Assembly (NCBI GenBank): GCA_048013815.1
Contig: CM106586.1
Location: 13,206,001-13,270,000 of the forward strand
Source: Setoptus koraiensis
Taxonomy: Eukaryota; Animalia; Arthropoda
Length of the DNA: 64,000 nt
Reading direction: 5' to 3'
How positions within the stretch are numbered: position 1 is the first letter of the stretch; each line of letters begins with the position of its first letter. The translations under genes and the position numbers were made by a program. The notes under the pieces are model-generated. The model was not told where the DNA came from, searched no databases, and saw only the letters and a program-made list of their open reading frames with translations. This document shows positions 60,646-64,000 of the stretch, in pieces.

Positions 60646-61831
60646 AAGTGAGATTTTTCATCATAGAAAATAAAAATTCACCATCTCAATAATGAAATGT
60701 GCCGACTGGAATTGATTAACAATTATAACCAAGCAATTCGCAAGCAAAATTGGTTTGTAAACGTTTATTGAAAACTTTATCGTCTCATACTGTTTGATGC
60801 AATCAATTACCAGACGATATTTTGTCAGATAATTAGTTTTTCTAGATCTATCGGCGTAAGTGGCAACATGATATCTTTATGATGTTCTGAATAATCATGC
60901 ACGAATAAACATTTATTCGTCGAATGAATCGTCAAGTTCAATCATGCGTCTGAGTAGGATAGAGATAACCAGATCTCACACATTAATAACCAGACAAGAT
61001 CATGATTGATACTCTTTATTCTTAGTTGCCGAAACGAGTTTGTTATTCCATCTATTTTCAACTTTTATGCTGTGATCATTCTAATGAATGAACTAGTTGT
61101 CAATTGCCAGACGGCATTGTTTGTCATATGATACATGCACCTTATCTCCAGAGTAAATTCAAACTTTATCTTATGCATTGATATGGTACGATTAGACTCT
61201 AATCATTTGATACAGATTGTTCATATGTTTGTCGAAGTGAGCAATAGCTCTTAATGTTTACAGCTTTTTGAAGGTGAAAACAAAGTCAATATACGCTAAT
61301 GTCACAAACGACCGCTTATCATTATGCTCATAGATCTACAACTAGTTTTGAAGCTTGTAATTAAATCTATAGTAATTAGTGAGAGCATTGTTTGCGTTTA
61401 AGGAGAATGAACAATAGTTTGATAGCACACAGGAGTTGTTGTTGGTATAAATCGACATTATTTTGTTGGATAGTAAGCTGACAAACAAAACTAACAATCT
61501 TGTTGTCTTTTGGTGCTTGAGTAACTACTGGCCACTCCACTAATGATTAATTAGAACTTTCCATGCCGGGCAACTTATCAGACTTTCACCACTCAGAGTG
61601 GCTCAGGAATTGATCTTGGAAATAGAAATATTCATCCATATTTTGTCCATGAATTGATAAACTTTGATGAAGATAAGGAAAATTCCGATTATGACCACTG
61701 CTATATCTATAACTCAACCTAAAATTCCTATGTAATATCCATATCTGGAATATTCCATTGCATTCTGCAGATATTAATTACAAGTTGCTTCATTTTTGTT
61801 GCATGTGACTCTTTCACGTGTAATCTTTCAC

Positions 61832-63886
61832 TCAATGCAACTGGCCCATCCGGCATCTCCTAATCACGGCCAACGCGATCTCAGCATAGACAAGAAATAT
61901 TGTCATAAAAGTGTTGAAAAGCTGAGGCATTTTTCCAGAGTTATAATTCGGACAAAAAATCAATAGATTCATTAGATGTATAATTATTGTGATGTTAGTA
62001 TCGTAGTGGAAATACGACTTTCTTCGTTATTTGCTCCAATTTATGTCGCGATATTTACCCATACTAAGTTTTTATAATTTGTCGTTCGATCTTGGAAACA
62101 TGTAAATCCAACTATTTCTTCCTTGCTTTGTGCATAGAAGTCCATCATCTGTCGCATTGATTAACAAGTCACGCCTCAGAGATTTTTGTCAATCATTCAC
62201 AAATTTATGACCAACATTGAGCATTCATGTGTGATCAATACTTACATAATCGTGCAATTGGTGTGGCAATTTGACATTCATAAGTATGTACTCGAGAACA
62301 TCCGTTGGCGCTGATGCCTAGCGATCATGGCAAATATTTTGGGTTGGGCTGTTAATGTGCTCTTGTGTAAAAATCTTTAAAACTTCTGAACTTAGACTCA
62401 TCGATAGATATCTCATGTTTGTTTTACTCACCTGATGTGCAACATGAACGGACATATATGCCGGTTTAATAATAAGAGCCATCATACAACAGGTGACAAA
62501 CAAAAAATTGAATGCGATCACTGAATTCACTTTGACATAACATAAGAAAAAAAGAGTTAAACCCAAACAAAGAAAACCACCTAGCCAATAATAATCAAGC
62601 ATTCTGGACCAAAACTCGTTAGCCTTGTGAACGATTTCGCATATTTCGTTGTGTCTCAAGCAAAGATTGAATAACTGATTACACTGATGCAAATCTGGTC
62701 CAACAAACCAATGGTCATGATACTTTCTCTTTAGGCTGCCGTTTTTTTCTTTTGGGTCTTGCAATTTGACGAGCTTGTTGATTACATTAGCATATAGCGG
62801 AAACACGCCGAATCGAGCACGACGATTAGCATCGGGTTTCTTGACCAGATTCTTGTTAGATTGAGATGGGCCATGTTCGTTGAGGAGATTGGAAGCGATT
62901 TCTGAAGCCAATTTGTACAATTCGCAGTTGACCTTCTCGAATTCTTCTAGAATTGCATTACAGACTGTTTTAAAATAGTAGACGTATAAATATAAGCGGC
63001 CAAAAGAAATGCCCATCCAGATGATGTATAGCGAGAACCACAACATTGATGATTCTTTGATTACTTCTCGTCTGCCACTCAGCAATCCATTTGCTTGCGT
63101 ATCACTTCTTTCATTATATTTATTGGGATCAACATATCGAAATTGACCCACCAACCACGGCACCATGGCAAACATTAGTATCACTGGACTGTATATAATC
63201 ACAAATGAAACGCGAGCCTTCACCTTAACGGCTACTCTCCTGATATCAAAATCTATTGTTCTGCGATCAATCATCTTCTGTCTGCAACTTATATAGGGCT
63301 CTAAATGATTTGTATAACCGGATTGGCTTGATAGATTTCTGAATTTTTCTGTCAACATGTAAGAGGTGAAAAACAACAGAAATGACATAAGCGATTGAGC
63401 CCATCTTGCTTTGCCTGCTGTGTATTGATTGGCTGAATATAAACTATATGGCGAAGCGTGAAATATGCCAGCAGCTTCGTGTACCAGAGTGAATATATCA
63501 ATGCATCTATAGAATATGTTGAAGAAACGTATATGTCGCTTGTTGGCCTCACTCAATACTATTATTCCATTTCCGGTTGAAGTTTTCGATTTGCACGAAT
63601 CAACAATGTGACCAAAATTGCTAGCGCTTTCATCATCTGTACTACTACGAAAAAGAGACTTTTTGGGTGCGGTAGCCGTGGATCTTGATTGATCTTTGCA
63701 TGCGCCCACGAAACGCAAGCCAAAATCAAAGAAAGTCTCTAACGGATGATCGCTGTAGCGAGCATAACAGTCGACGTAATGTTGCTTGATGATTCTCTCC
63801 ATGTCGGATGACCAATATATTCGATTGATCATCCCCATATCATCCCGTACGACCAAACTGTACTTGTTACTTATGTAATCAACCAT
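61832..63886 (-). CDS. Gustatory receptor-like 7TM chemoreceptor; exons 63886-62432, 62317-62246, 62148-62059, 61921-61832 (~568 aa)
   Basis: Multiple TM helices; HNEICEIV...NEFWS and VGFTC motifs as in mite GRs. Three phase-0 GT-AG introns near the C-terminus, a hallmark of the GR/OR superfamily. The last exon is the least certain. Confidence 0.8.
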
Positions 63887-64000
63887 TCTTTAATTGTTGT
63901 TGTTGTCAAATATGAAATTATACATCGATGATAAATTATATTAAAATTCAAAGAACGATCGAACGAACTTGATGGATTGATCTAGTGGTCATGATTCATG

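Noticed and set aside
61020-61750. Possible small multi-exon gene or pseudogene fragments between the orphan gene and the GR
   Set aside because: Short frames with internal stops; no consistent start-to-stop model could be built by eye.
59269-63886. Horizontal transfer or contaminant origin of the AT-rich right end
   Set aside because: The GR has canonical spliceosomal introns, the orphan has a eukaryotic signal peptide, and composition resembles URB2/FATP.

Overview
Eukaryotic, intron-poor arthropod DNA. It is most likely from a mite, possibly eriophyoid-like; this is inferred from an sFRP1/2/5 gene, a chelicerate-type arginine kinase, a mite-type gustatory receptor, ~70-320-nt introns and intronless Rel/URB2/AK genes. 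The left 42 kb is GC- and microsatellite-rich. It holds a signalling/transcription-factor cluster: ALK/LTK receptor kinase (+), an SH2B/Lnk-type SH2 ORF (-), sFRP (+), Dorsal/Rel (-) and an ERG/FLI/Ets65A-class ETS gene (-). The right 22 kb is more AT-rich. It holds URB2 (-), two FATP genes in inverted orientation, an intact arginine kinase plus a split pseudogene, a DD37E-type Tc1/mariner remnant, an orphan type I membrane protein and a gustatory receptor. Main discovery: the ORF that splices in frame onto the ETS-domain exon is a colinear homolog of the C-terminal (transactivation) region of the neighbouring Dorsal gene. A Gly-Lys codon pair (GGT AAG) appears to have been recruited as the splice donor. 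This points to a natural Rel-TAD/ETS-DBD chimeric factor, architecturally reminiscent of EWS-FLI. Second: a tandem duplication followed by a TE-flanked inversion of an FATP-AK unit can be reconstructed to about the base, with gene-conversion tracts and localised FATP divergence. Third: a tandemly duplicated RFX X-box + TATA promoter module has no obvious downstream gene. All alignments were done by eye; no searches were run.
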